Virus record (IMG/VR): IMGVR_UViG_2593339134_000001
Length of the DNA: 64,000 nucleotides
Source: a virus
Lineage: Duplodnaviria > Caudoviricetes
Reading direction: 5' to 3' (one strand)
Position numbers and translations under genes: made by a program. The stretch's first letter is position 1. Each line of letters begins with the position of its first letter. Under the pieces are notes generated by a model. That model searched no databases, had not been told where the DNA came from, and worked only from the letters and a program-made list of their open reading frames with translations. Shown piece after piece: positions 56,682 to 64,000 of the stretch.

Positions 56682-57518
56682 ATGGCTGAACCACAACAAA
56701 AGAAGATGTCGCTGGCGAACGTCACCATCGGCAGGATCCAGAGGCCGTTCATGATGGCGCTCTACGGCGTGGACGGGGTGGGCAAATCGACGCTCGCCGC
56801 CGGTGCCCCCAATCCCATTTTCATCAACGCCGAGGACGGCAGCAGCGAACTCGACGTGGCGCGGTTCCCCGGCGCGGAAAACAAGGCCGAGCTTGAGGAG
56901 GCCATCAACGTCTTGCTGAGGGAGGAACACGGGTTCAATACCGTGGTGCTGGACAGCATCGACTGGGCGGAAACCATGATCCGGCAGGACCTGTGCGACC
57001 AGTTCCGGGTGGAATCCCTGGAGGATGTGCGCGGGGGATTCGGCAAGGGCACGGTGGCCCTGCGCGAGCAATTCGTCCGTTTCCTGGATTTGCTTGCCTA
57101 CCTCCGCACCTACCGGGACATGAACATCATCGTCATCGGGCACTGCGAGGTGAAGAAATTCGAGGACCCCACCACCGCCGCCGGTTACGACCGCTACCGG
57201 ATCAAGCTCGACGAGGTGAACGCCGCCCGGCTGCGGGAAGCCTGCGACGTGGTGGCCTTCTACAACTACGACACCGCGCTCATGGCCAAGGAAAACCGCC
57301 AGGGCGAAATCCAGGGCAAGGCCCGCGGCAAATCCTTCGACAAGCACGAACTCCACTTCAGGCGCAGCGCGGCCTTCGACGCCAAGGCCCGCACCCTCAA
57401 CGGCTATGCCCTGCCCGCCAAGATCGTCGTCCCGCCGGACGAACCGCCGGGAAACAGCTTCCGGGCGTTCGGGTATGCCATCGGCATCACCGACCCCCCT
57501 ATCCAACCGGGGCCATAA
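56682..57518 (+). CDS. AAA_24/Sak4-like ATPase
   Basis: LYGVDGVGKST, TVVLDSIDW, GFGKG, IGH, YDRY, AK.R. Confidence 0.85.
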   Translation: MAEPQQKKMSLANVTIGRIQRPFMMALYGVDGVGKSTLAAGAPNPIFINAEDGSSELDVARFPGAENKAELEEAINVLLREEHGFNTVVLDSIDWAETMIRQDLCDQFRVESLEDVRGGFGKGTVALREQFVRFLDLLAYLRTYRDMNIIVIGHCEVKKFEDPTTAAGYDRYRIKLDEVNAARLREACDVVAFYNYDTALMAKENRQGEIQGKARGKSFDKHELHFRRSAAFDAKARTLNGYALPAKIVVPPDEPPGNSFRAFGYAIGITDPPIQPGP

Positions 57519-57610
57519 GGATCAACGGGGTGCGCCCGCCGCCCCTTGATTATCCCAGCGGGAAACCAACGGTCATTCGGTCAAACGGTCACAACCAATA
57601 GGTCAACACT

Positions 57611-58285
57611 ATGAACTACCCAGAATATGAAGATGATTTCGCGTTCGACAACGATATGGGTTCGGTCGATGAAAACGCGGGCAATTACGGCCCGATGCCC
57701 GCCGGGAAATATGGGATGCAGGCGGTGGAAATCGAGGTTAAAACCTGCAAGGAACCGAGCAACGGCAAGATGGTGGCCGTCACCTTCCAAGTGGTGGACG
57801 GCTCCAACAACCGCAAGATTTTCGAGAACTACTGCTTGCAGCATACCAACGACACCACCAAGCGGATCGCCGAACAGGCGGTCAAGCAATGGATGAAGGC
57901 GTGCGGCTATACCGGCAACGAACGCCTCGCCGCCAGGCTGCTGAAGACCCTGGAAGGCCGCGAATTCACGGCCCACGTCATCGTCGAGAAGAGCAAGGAC
58001 CCGCAGTACGGCGACCGCAACCGCATCCGCCAGTTCGAGGCGTCCGGCGGGTATGCCCCCCAACAGCGCCCCACGCCGGCCCCCGCCCCCCAACAGCGTC
58101 CCGCGCCGGTCCCCCGCAGCAGCGGCCCGCCCCGGCTCCCCAGCAACAACGCCCGGCCCCGGCGCAATACCAGGACCCCAGCCAGGCCGCGCCCAGTCCA
58201 CAGCCCCAGCCCGCCCAAGCCGCCATTCCGCCCCGCCCCACCGGCGGCAAGCCCTGGGAACGCCGCACATAACCTGACCGGATAA
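57611..58285 (+). CDS. DUF669 ssDNA-binding protein (probable 1-nt indel near 58111)
   Basis: PMPAGKY, RKIF, N.I..F; QQRPAP repeats continue in another frame ending KPWERRT* at 58272. Confidence 0.8.
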   Translation: MNYPEYEDDFAFDNDMGSVDENAGNYGPMPAGKYGMQAVEIEVKTCKEPSNGKMVAVTFQVVDGSNNRKIFENYCLQHTNDTTKRIAEQAVKQWMKACGYTGNERLAARLLKTLEGREFTAHVIVEKSKDPQYGDRNRIRQFEASGGYAPQQRPTPAPAPQQRPAPVPRSSGPPRLPSNNARPRRNTRTPARPRPVHSPSPPKPPFRPAPPAASPGNAAHNLTG

Positions 58286-58347
58286 ACCATCGGCCCGTGG
58301 CCCATGCCCCGGCGTGGGCCACGGGGGGCGGAGTATCGGAGGGAAAC

Positions 58348-60024
58348 ATGACCCAGAAAAAAATAACGCTACGCGACTACCAGCGCTGGGCGCTGGATAA
58401 GCTCTACGAATGGTTCGCCGAGAACCCGGAAGGAAACCCCATCGTTTCGGCCTGCGTGGGCGCGGGCAAATCGATCCTCATCGCCGCCCTGTGCCGGGAG
58501 GCCGTGGAATGGGATTCCCGCAATAAAAGCCGGATCCTGGTGATCGCCCCGTCCAAGGAATTGGCGGAGCAAAACCTGGAGAAGCTGGTGGAACTGTGCC
58601 CGGACCTGGGGATAGGCGTGCTGTCCGCCAGCCTGGGGCGCAAGCAATACAGCCACCGGGACGACGTGGTGATCGGCACGCCCGGCACCATCGTCAAGGT
58701 GGCGGAAAAGCTCGGGTTTTTCGATTTGGTTTTGTGTGATGAAAGCCACCTCATCAACCCGAAGGATACCGGCATGTACCGGGAAATCATCCGCAAGCTG
58801 AAAACCAACAACCACTACCTGCGGGTGGTGGGCTGGACCGGGACGGCGTTCCGGGGCAATGGCATCTGGCTCACCGAGGGCGGCGAAGCCCTGTTCACCG
58901 ACATCGCGGCCAGCGTGGGCATGAAGGAATTGCTCAAAAAGGGATTCCTGGCCCCCCTGGTGATCGGGGCCACCGCCACCCAGGTTTCCGGCGACGGCCT
59001 CCGCACGGCGAGCGGCGACTACGTGGTGTCGGAGCTGGCCCAGCGCCTGGACCGCGACGAACTCACGGAGAAGATCGTCGGCGAGATCATGGAGCAGGGC
59101 CGGGACCGCAAGAAATGGCTGGTGTTCTGCGTCACAGTGGCCCACGCCGAACACATGGCCGCCGAGTTCAAGCGGCGCGGCATCGCGTCCGCCGTCGTCA
59201 GCGAGAAGACCCCCAAGTCGGAACGGGAGGCCATCGTCAAGGGCTTCAAGCTCGGGCGCGTCAAGGCGCTGTGCAACGTCGCCTGCCTCACCACCGGCTT
59301 CGACGTGCCCGACCTGGATTTGATCGCCCTGGTCCGCAACACCAAATCCCCCGTGCTGTATGTCCAGATCGCCGGGCGCGGGATGCGCATCGCGGGCAAG
59401 GACATCGAGGAATCCATCCGCAACGGCAAGGCCGACTGCCTGTGGCTCGACTTCACCGACACCACGGCCTTGCTCGGCCCCGTGGACGATATCCGCGGGC
59501 GTCCCGCGCCCCGCAAGAAAGACGGGGAAAACCACGGAACCCCGTTCAAGCCGTGCGCCGAATGCGGGGCCATCAACCCGGCGGGCGCCACCCGCTGCAA
59601 GACCTGCGGCACGGCCTTCCCGCCGCCCGCCCCCACCCTCAACACCGTGGCCTCCCAGGCCACCATCCTGACGGCGACCGGCCCGCGCCTGGAAACCTTC
59701 CCCGTCGATGGCATCGGCTACCAATCCCCGATATCCAACAAAACCGGAAAACCTTATCTACAAATCCTGTTCCAAAGCGACCTGTCGTATTTCCGCATCA
59801 ATCTCTTTTTGGAACACGAGGGTTATGCGCGGGATAAATCGATCAGGCAATGGAAGGAATTGACCACGCCCCCCACGGAACCCCGCGACGTGGTGGATGC
59901 CGTTCAAAAAATCCAGCGCGGAGAGGTTCGGTTCAAGGACGTGGAATCGATAGCGGTGGATATGGTTTCCAAATGGAAGGACATAACCCAGGTGAATTAT
60001 CGGCGGGAAGCGGAGGCGGCGTAA
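58348..60024 (+). CDS. SF2 (IRC3/RadD-like) helicase with zinc ribbon
   Basis: LRDYQ, GAGKS, DESH, TGT, LTTGFD, QIAGRGMR, CxxC pairs. Confidence 0.9.
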   Translation: MTQKKITLRDYQRWALDKLYEWFAENPEGNPIVSACVGAGKSILIAALCREAVEWDSRNKSRILVIAPSKELAEQNLEKLVELCPDLGIGVLSASLGRKQYSHRDDVVIGTPGTIVKVAEKLGFFDLVLCDESHLINPKDTGMYREIIRKLKTNNHYLRVVGWTGTAFRGNGIWLTEGGEALFTDIAASVGMKELLKKGFLAPLVIGATATQVSGDGLRTASGDYVVSELAQRLDRDELTEKIVGEIMEQGRDRKKWLVFCVTVAHAEHMAAEFKRRGIASAVVSEKTPKSEREAIVKGFKLGRVKALCNVACLTTGFDVPDLDLIALVRNTKSPVLYVQIAGRGMRIAGKDIEESIRNGKADCLWLDFTDTTALLGPVDDIRGRPAPRKKDGENHGTPFKPCAECGAINPAGATRCKTCGTAFPPPAPTLNTVASQATILTATGPRLETFPVDGIGYQSPISNKTGKPYLQILFQSDLSYFRINLFLEHEGYARDKSIRQWKELTTPPTEPRDVVDAVQKIQRGEVRFKDVESIAVDMVSKWKDITQVNYRREAEAA

Positions 60025-60150
60025 TGGATGAAACCCTCCCCCAAACCCATCGACATCGAAATCCGCAACGGCAACGGCAAGGTATGCCTGCTGCATCCCG
60101 GCCCCTATCCCACCCCCGTAACCTTTTGCTTTTGGGATGAAAGACACCCT

Positions 60151-61359
60151 ATGAACAATACCCCCGAAGATGAAGAAAGCCTGATCCTCGATACCACGGT
60201 CCACCGCATGGACGAGGTGCTGGAAAGCGAGCGGTTCATGGGCGGCGGCATCGGGTTCGGCGCCATCGGCGAAGCCGACGACAGGCTGCTGTGGCTGAAT
60301 TTCCGCTGGTCGTTCGCCGATGCCCCGGTGCCGGACCGCCGCCGCACCATGATGATGGGCAACGCCATCGAAAAGGACATCGCGGCAACCCTGGCCAAAA
60401 TCCAGGGCCTGGAATTCCTGGACCGCGACCCGAACACCGGCAAGCAGTTCAAGCACCAGTTCCTGGGCGGGCATTTCGCCGGGAAGATGGACGGGGTGGG
60501 CCTGGGTTTCCCCGAAGCCCCCAAGACCTGGCATGTGGTGGAGATCAAGGGGGTTTCCCACAAGGCCTTCCTGGAGGCCATCAAGCGGGGCGTCGAAAAC
60601 TGGCGTCCCGAATATTGGGTGAACGTGCAATGCCACATGGGGGCCGCGGGCCTCGACCGGACACTGTTCATCGTCCAGGACCGCGACACCGGGGCCGTCC
60701 ACGCCGAACGGATCAAGCTCGACGACACCGTGTTCGGCGCCTGCCTGGCCCGCGCCGAGCGGATCGTCCTGGCCGAAGAACCCCCGGCCCCGATGTACGA
60801 AACCCGGTCCAGGGTTCCGCACGACGTCATGGCCTTCAAGCCGGAATACAACACCCATATCTATTGGGGAATAGAACTACCCCGTCCCCATTGCCGGAAT
60901 TGCCGGTTCGCCATCCCCCTGGTCGAGGGCACTTCCGGGGATTGGCTGTGCCAGATCGATTCCACCTCGTCGGCGACCGGCGCGCGCCTGGATTATTCCC
61001 AGCAGCGGGCCGGATGCCCCCGGCATAACTACCTGCCGTCCCTGCTATCCGAACTCGCGGAAGTCGTCCGGCAATACCCCGATTGCGTGGAGTACCGCGT
61101 GGGCCGGACCGTGTTCTGGAACGCCGAGGAAATGGTGGGCGAAACGCATCCCGGCGTGTTCTCCTCCAAGGAATTATGCGCCCTGAGCGGCAACGTCGCG
61201 GCGAATGGGCTATGCGAGGAATCGATCAAGGCGCGGTCGGGTTTGGCTGGGGTTAAACAGGGGGCATACACGATTGGGGGCGAAACGGTCATCGTCGATG
61301 AACCCAAGTCGGGTGCCGGGGGTGTCGATGATTATGACGACGATGATATCCCTTTTTGA
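60151..61359 (+). CDS. Cas4-like PD-(D/E)xK exonuclease
   Basis: GKMDG, VEIK, VQCHM, CRNC; ends DDDDIPF. Confidence 0.8.
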   Translation: MNNTPEDEESLILDTTVHRMDEVLESERFMGGGIGFGAIGEADDRLLWLNFRWSFADAPVPDRRRTMMMGNAIEKDIAATLAKIQGLEFLDRDPNTGKQFKHQFLGGHFAGKMDGVGLGFPEAPKTWHVVEIKGVSHKAFLEAIKRGVENWRPEYWVNVQCHMGAAGLDRTLFIVQDRDTGAVHAERIKLDDTVFGACLARAERIVLAEEPPAPMYETRSRVPHDVMAFKPEYNTHIYWGIELPRPHCRNCRFAIPLVEGTSGDWLCQIDSTSSATGARLDYSQQRAGCPRHNYLPSLLSELAEVVRQYPDCVEYRVGRTVFWNAEEMVGETHPGVFSSKELCALSGNVAANGLCEESIKARSGLAGVKQGAYTIGGETVIVDEPKSGAGGVDDYDDDDIPF

Positions 61360-61397
61360 CGGGCGCTTCCTTTTTGATAAACCAAGAGATAACCCAC

Positions 61398-62318
61398 ATG
61401 TTCTTCAAAAACCTCCTGTTATTCCTATTCACCGAACCTTTCCCCCTGGACGCCACCGACCTGGATGGGCGCATCCGGCAACGTCGGTTCCAGGGCTGTG
61501 GCTCCCTTGAGCCCGCCAGCCTGGGGTGGGTTCCACCGACGGGCAAATCCGACGCCGCGTCCCTGGTCCACGCCGCCAACGGCTTCCTGATGATCTGCCT
61601 GCGCCGGGAAGAGAAGATACTCCCGGCCGGCGTGGTGAACGAGGTGCTGGCCGACCGGATTGAAGAGATCGAATCCCGGCGTGGAACCCCGGTGCGGCGC
61701 AAGGAGAAGGACGCGCTGCGCGACGAGGTGATGCAGGACTTGCTGCCGCGGGCCTTCGTCCACAGCAAGCGGACCTATGCCTACATCGATCCCAAGGGCG
61801 GCTGGCTGGTGGTGGACAGCGCCAGCGCCAAGAAGGCCGACGAACTCACCAGCCTGTTGCGGCAATGCCTGGGCAGTCTGCCGGTGGTGCCGTTCGCCAC
61901 CAAGTACATGCCAAGCACCATCATGACCCATTGGTTGGCCGAGGATGGCCCGCCCGCCGGGGTCGTGCTGGACACCGATGCCGAACTGCGTTCCCCGGAG
62001 GAGGATGGCGGCACCGTGCGCTGCCGCAAGCACGACCTGGGCGCCCCGGAAATCCAGAATCACCTTGAGGCCGGGAAGGAGGTCATCAAGCTGGCCTTGA
62101 CCTACCGGGACCGCATCGGCTTCGTGCTGGACGAGGCTTTGACCATCAAGCGCCTGCGGTTCCTCGACCTGGTGCAGGAGAAGGCGGAGGAGGTGGACAC
62201 GGACGACGCGGAGGAACGGTTCGATGCGGATTTCGCGGTGATGACGCTGGAGTTGGCGGAATTCCTTCCGGCGCTGGCGGGGATGTTCGGGGGGGTGAAT
62301 GTGGAGCGGCGGAAATGA
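61398..62318 (+). CDS. rdgC: Recombination-associated protein RdgC
   Basis: MFFKNL, GWVPP, EEKILPA.VV, LLPRAF, LGSLPVVP, FDADF. Confidence 0.92.
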   Translation: MFFKNLLLFLFTEPFPLDATDLDGRIRQRRFQGCGSLEPASLGWVPPTGKSDAASLVHAANGFLMICLRREEKILPAGVVNEVLADRIEEIESRRGTPVRRKEKDALRDEVMQDLLPRAFVHSKRTYAYIDPKGGWLVVDSASAKKADELTSLLRQCLGSLPVVPFATKYMPSTIMTHWLAEDGPPAGVVLDTDAELRSPEEDGGTVRCRKHDLGAPEIQNHLEAGKEVIKLALTYRDRIGFVLDEALTIKRLRFLDLVQEKAEEVDTDDAEERFDADFAVMTLELAEFLPALAGMFGGVNVERRK

Positions 62319-62500
62319 GCGCAGATACCGGGAAAACGATAGCGATGCCAGAGCGGGCGTTTTTCAACGCCCATCCGATTAGCGGAATTTTGGAAGAGGG
62401 TACGGACGGCACGGAGTACCTTCGCGCCGACCTCGCCCAATCCCAAATAGACGCGGCACGGGCCGGGGGAGTACGGGAAGGGCTGGAAAGGGTGACATGA
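62315..62500 (+). CDS. Small hypothetical protein
   Basis: ATGA coupling; EYLRADL. Confidence 0.5.
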   Translation: MSADTGKTIAMPERAFFNAHPISGILEEGTDGTEYLRADLAQSQIDAARAGGVREGLERVT

Positions 62501-62715
62501 ACTCCGAACCCTTCATGACCTGCACCTGCGGTGCCCAAACCCCGCTTTCGGCCATGCCCAACCACCTGCCCATCGATCATTTCGAGTGCGGCCAATGCCG
62601 GTCGATCCTGATCCGGCGGCACGCGCGCCCCACGGTCTATCCATCCGGGTTTGTCCTGCCGGGGAAAGTCACTGTCGAGCGGGTTGGATTTGGATTGCTG
62701 GGGGGTGTGGCATGA
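62497..62715 (+). CDS. Small zinc-ribbon protein
   Basis: CTCG, CGQC; coupled. Confidence 0.5.
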   Translation: MNSEPFMTCTCGAQTPLSAMPNHLPIDHFECGQCRSILIRRHARPTVYPSGFVLPGKVTVERVGFGLLGGVA

Positions 62716-62761
62716 CTATTCTGACTATCGCCCAAGTAGCTGGAGAGAGAGGAACCGAAGG

Positions 62762-63037
62762 ATGAGACCAGAGCAAGCAATCCTCTACATCGCCGACGTA
62801 GCGGCCTTATTGGGGAAAAGCTACCCAGCAATCCAGGGGATGGATAGGCGCGGAGATTTGCCCCCATCGTTCCGGCTGGGCGGAAAGGTCGCATGGAAGC
62901 GTGAGACCATCATGGCGTGGATCGATGGCCAGGAATCCGAGGCCAGGGCGAAGCGGGAGGCGAAGGAAAAGGAGAAGGGGAGGGCGGGGCGGAAGCGGTT
63001 AGGGTATGAGGTGGAGATCGTGAGGGCATCAACCTAA
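62762..63037 (+). CDS. AlpA-like excisionase
   Basis: DVAALLG.S..AI......GDLPPSFRLGGKVAW. Confidence 0.75.
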   Translation: MRPEQAILYIADVAALLGKSYPAIQGMDRRGDLPPSFRLGGKVAWKRETIMAWIDGQESEARAKREAKEKEKGRAGRKRLGYEVEIVRAST

Positions 63038-64000
63038 CTTGTCCGCCAGCCTTTCCGCGCTCATATGGGTGTAGCGCCTGAGCATCGCCAGGGTTTTATG
63101 CCCGGTGATGGTGGCGACCTCCATAATCCCCAATCCCTTCTCGAAAAACCGGCTTGTGGCTTCGTGCCGCAGGTCGTGGAAGCGGATTTCCGGGCATCCG
63201 GCCCGCGCCGCCGCTTCCCCGAACGCTTTCGTCACCCAATCCAGGTCCATCCCCAGCACGCGCCCATCGATCCGGCGGGGCAGGGCGGACAGCACATCCT
63301 GGGCGCGGGGGGACAGCGGCACATCGCGGGCGCTTCCGTTCTTCGTGTCCGGCAACCGCGCTACGCGGCCCTTGATCCACTCCCAGCGCAGTCCCGCCAC
63401 CTCGCCTCGCCGCATCCCCGTCTCGACCGCCAGGACGATCCACGCGGGCAACTCGGGGTTAATTTGAGCGGCTTCGGCCAGGATGGCGGTTTCCTGGGTG
63501 GGCGACATACGGACCTCCCGGCCCGGCCCGGCACTGGGCTTGCGGATGTTGGCGCAGGGGTTGACGACGGGAAGCCCCCACTCTTTGGCGGCAATGGTGT
63601 AGAGATGGGAAATCAGGGCGAGTTCCAGGCGCACGGAGTTCGGCGACAGCCCGATCCTGATCTTGGCGTCGCGCCATGCGGCAAGATCGGAACTGCGGAG
63701 CGCGGCGATGGACTTGGACGCCAGGGGGTCGGCACGCCACCGCTCGATGCGGTCGGCCTCGCGCTTCGCGCCCTTCTTGCCAGGGGTGACCTCGCGCTTG
63801 TAGCGGTTCAGGGCGTCGGCGACCGTGAGAGATTCGGCCTCCCTGGTGTCCACATAGCGCCCGCCCAGCATCTGGGCCTCCACTTCCTTGCTCCATTTCT
63901 CGGCGTCGGCCTTGCGGTCGAAGGTCCGGGAAATCGGCTTGAAGCCTTTGCGGATGACTTCGGCCTGCCAGGAGTCGCCGCGTTTACGGATGCGGGCCAT
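63029..64000 (-). CDS. Tyrosine recombinase/integrase
   Basis: TGMRRGE, TKNG, HDLRH, GH, RY catalytic residues. Confidence 0.93.
   Translation of the reverse strand: MARIRKRGDSWQAEVIRKGFKPISRTFDRKADAEKWSKEVEAQMLGGRYVDTREAESLTVADALNRYKREVTPGKKGAKREADRIERWRADPLASKSIAALRSSDLAAWRDAKIRIGLSPNSVRLELALISHLYTIAAKEWGLPVVNPCANIRKPSAGPGREVRMSPTQETAILAEAAQINPELPAWIVLAVETGMRRGEVAGLRWEWIKGRVARLPDTKNGSARDVPLSPRAQDVLSALPRRIDGRVLGMDLDWVTKAFGEAAARAGCPEIRFHDLRHEATSRFFEKGLGIMEVATITGHKTLAMLRRYTHMSAERLADKLG

Larger units (their letters stand above)
1..64000. mobile_element. Prophage (temperate myovirus), extends beyond the left edge
   Basis: Integrase/xis, cI/cro, replication, terminase, portal, capsid, sheath, tube and lysin genes throughout; no host housekeeping operon seen. 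Confidence 0.95.

Noticed and set aside
60151-61359. Cas4-like gene as a CRISPR component
   Set aside because: No repeat-spacer array or other cas genes; standard phage recombination context
63029-64000. Rci-like recombinase acting on GGTCGTGAC as shufflon sites
   Set aside because: Adjacent xis and terminal position fit an integrase; the motifs sit at promoter positions, not within gene 3' ends
1-64000. tRNA/rRNA genes and att core
   Set aside because: None recognised; the att site probably lies just beyond the right edge

Overview
A large segment of an integrated temperate myophage (prophage) in a GC-rich Proteobacterium. The right end has a tyrosine integrase and excisionase, an early recombination operon (Sak4-like AAA, DUF669, SF2 helicase, Cas4-like exonuclease, RdgC), and a cI/cro switch with TACC-N6-GGTA operators and a HipA-like kinase moron. 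A leftward replication/modification operon follows (Prim-Pol, SNF2-methylase, Mom-like GNAT, Dda helicase, H-NS, HU), then terminase, portal and MuF. The virion genes (protease, scaffold, capsid, neck, sheath, tube, frameshifting chaperone) resemble the SPO1/Twort (Herelleviridae) type; tape-measure and most baseplate genes are not in the window. Main observations: (1) four polyvalent proteins (LPD1 zincin, SNF2 helicase, LPD3+pyrophosphatase, RelA/SpoT-like enzyme with a probable antitoxin) share [LM]xK-[SA] sites and short hydrophobic tags with the head proteins, suggesting capsid loading and protease release of injected effectors; (2) an 8-copy late-promoter motif, GGTCGTGAC-N3-A-N3-T; (3) two inverted, near-identical antirepressors, one under C4 antisense RNA control and one under an Arc/Mnt pair, bracketing an invertible tail block; (4) integron attC-like signatures at morons. 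All product calls come from motif recognition by eye; no searches were run.
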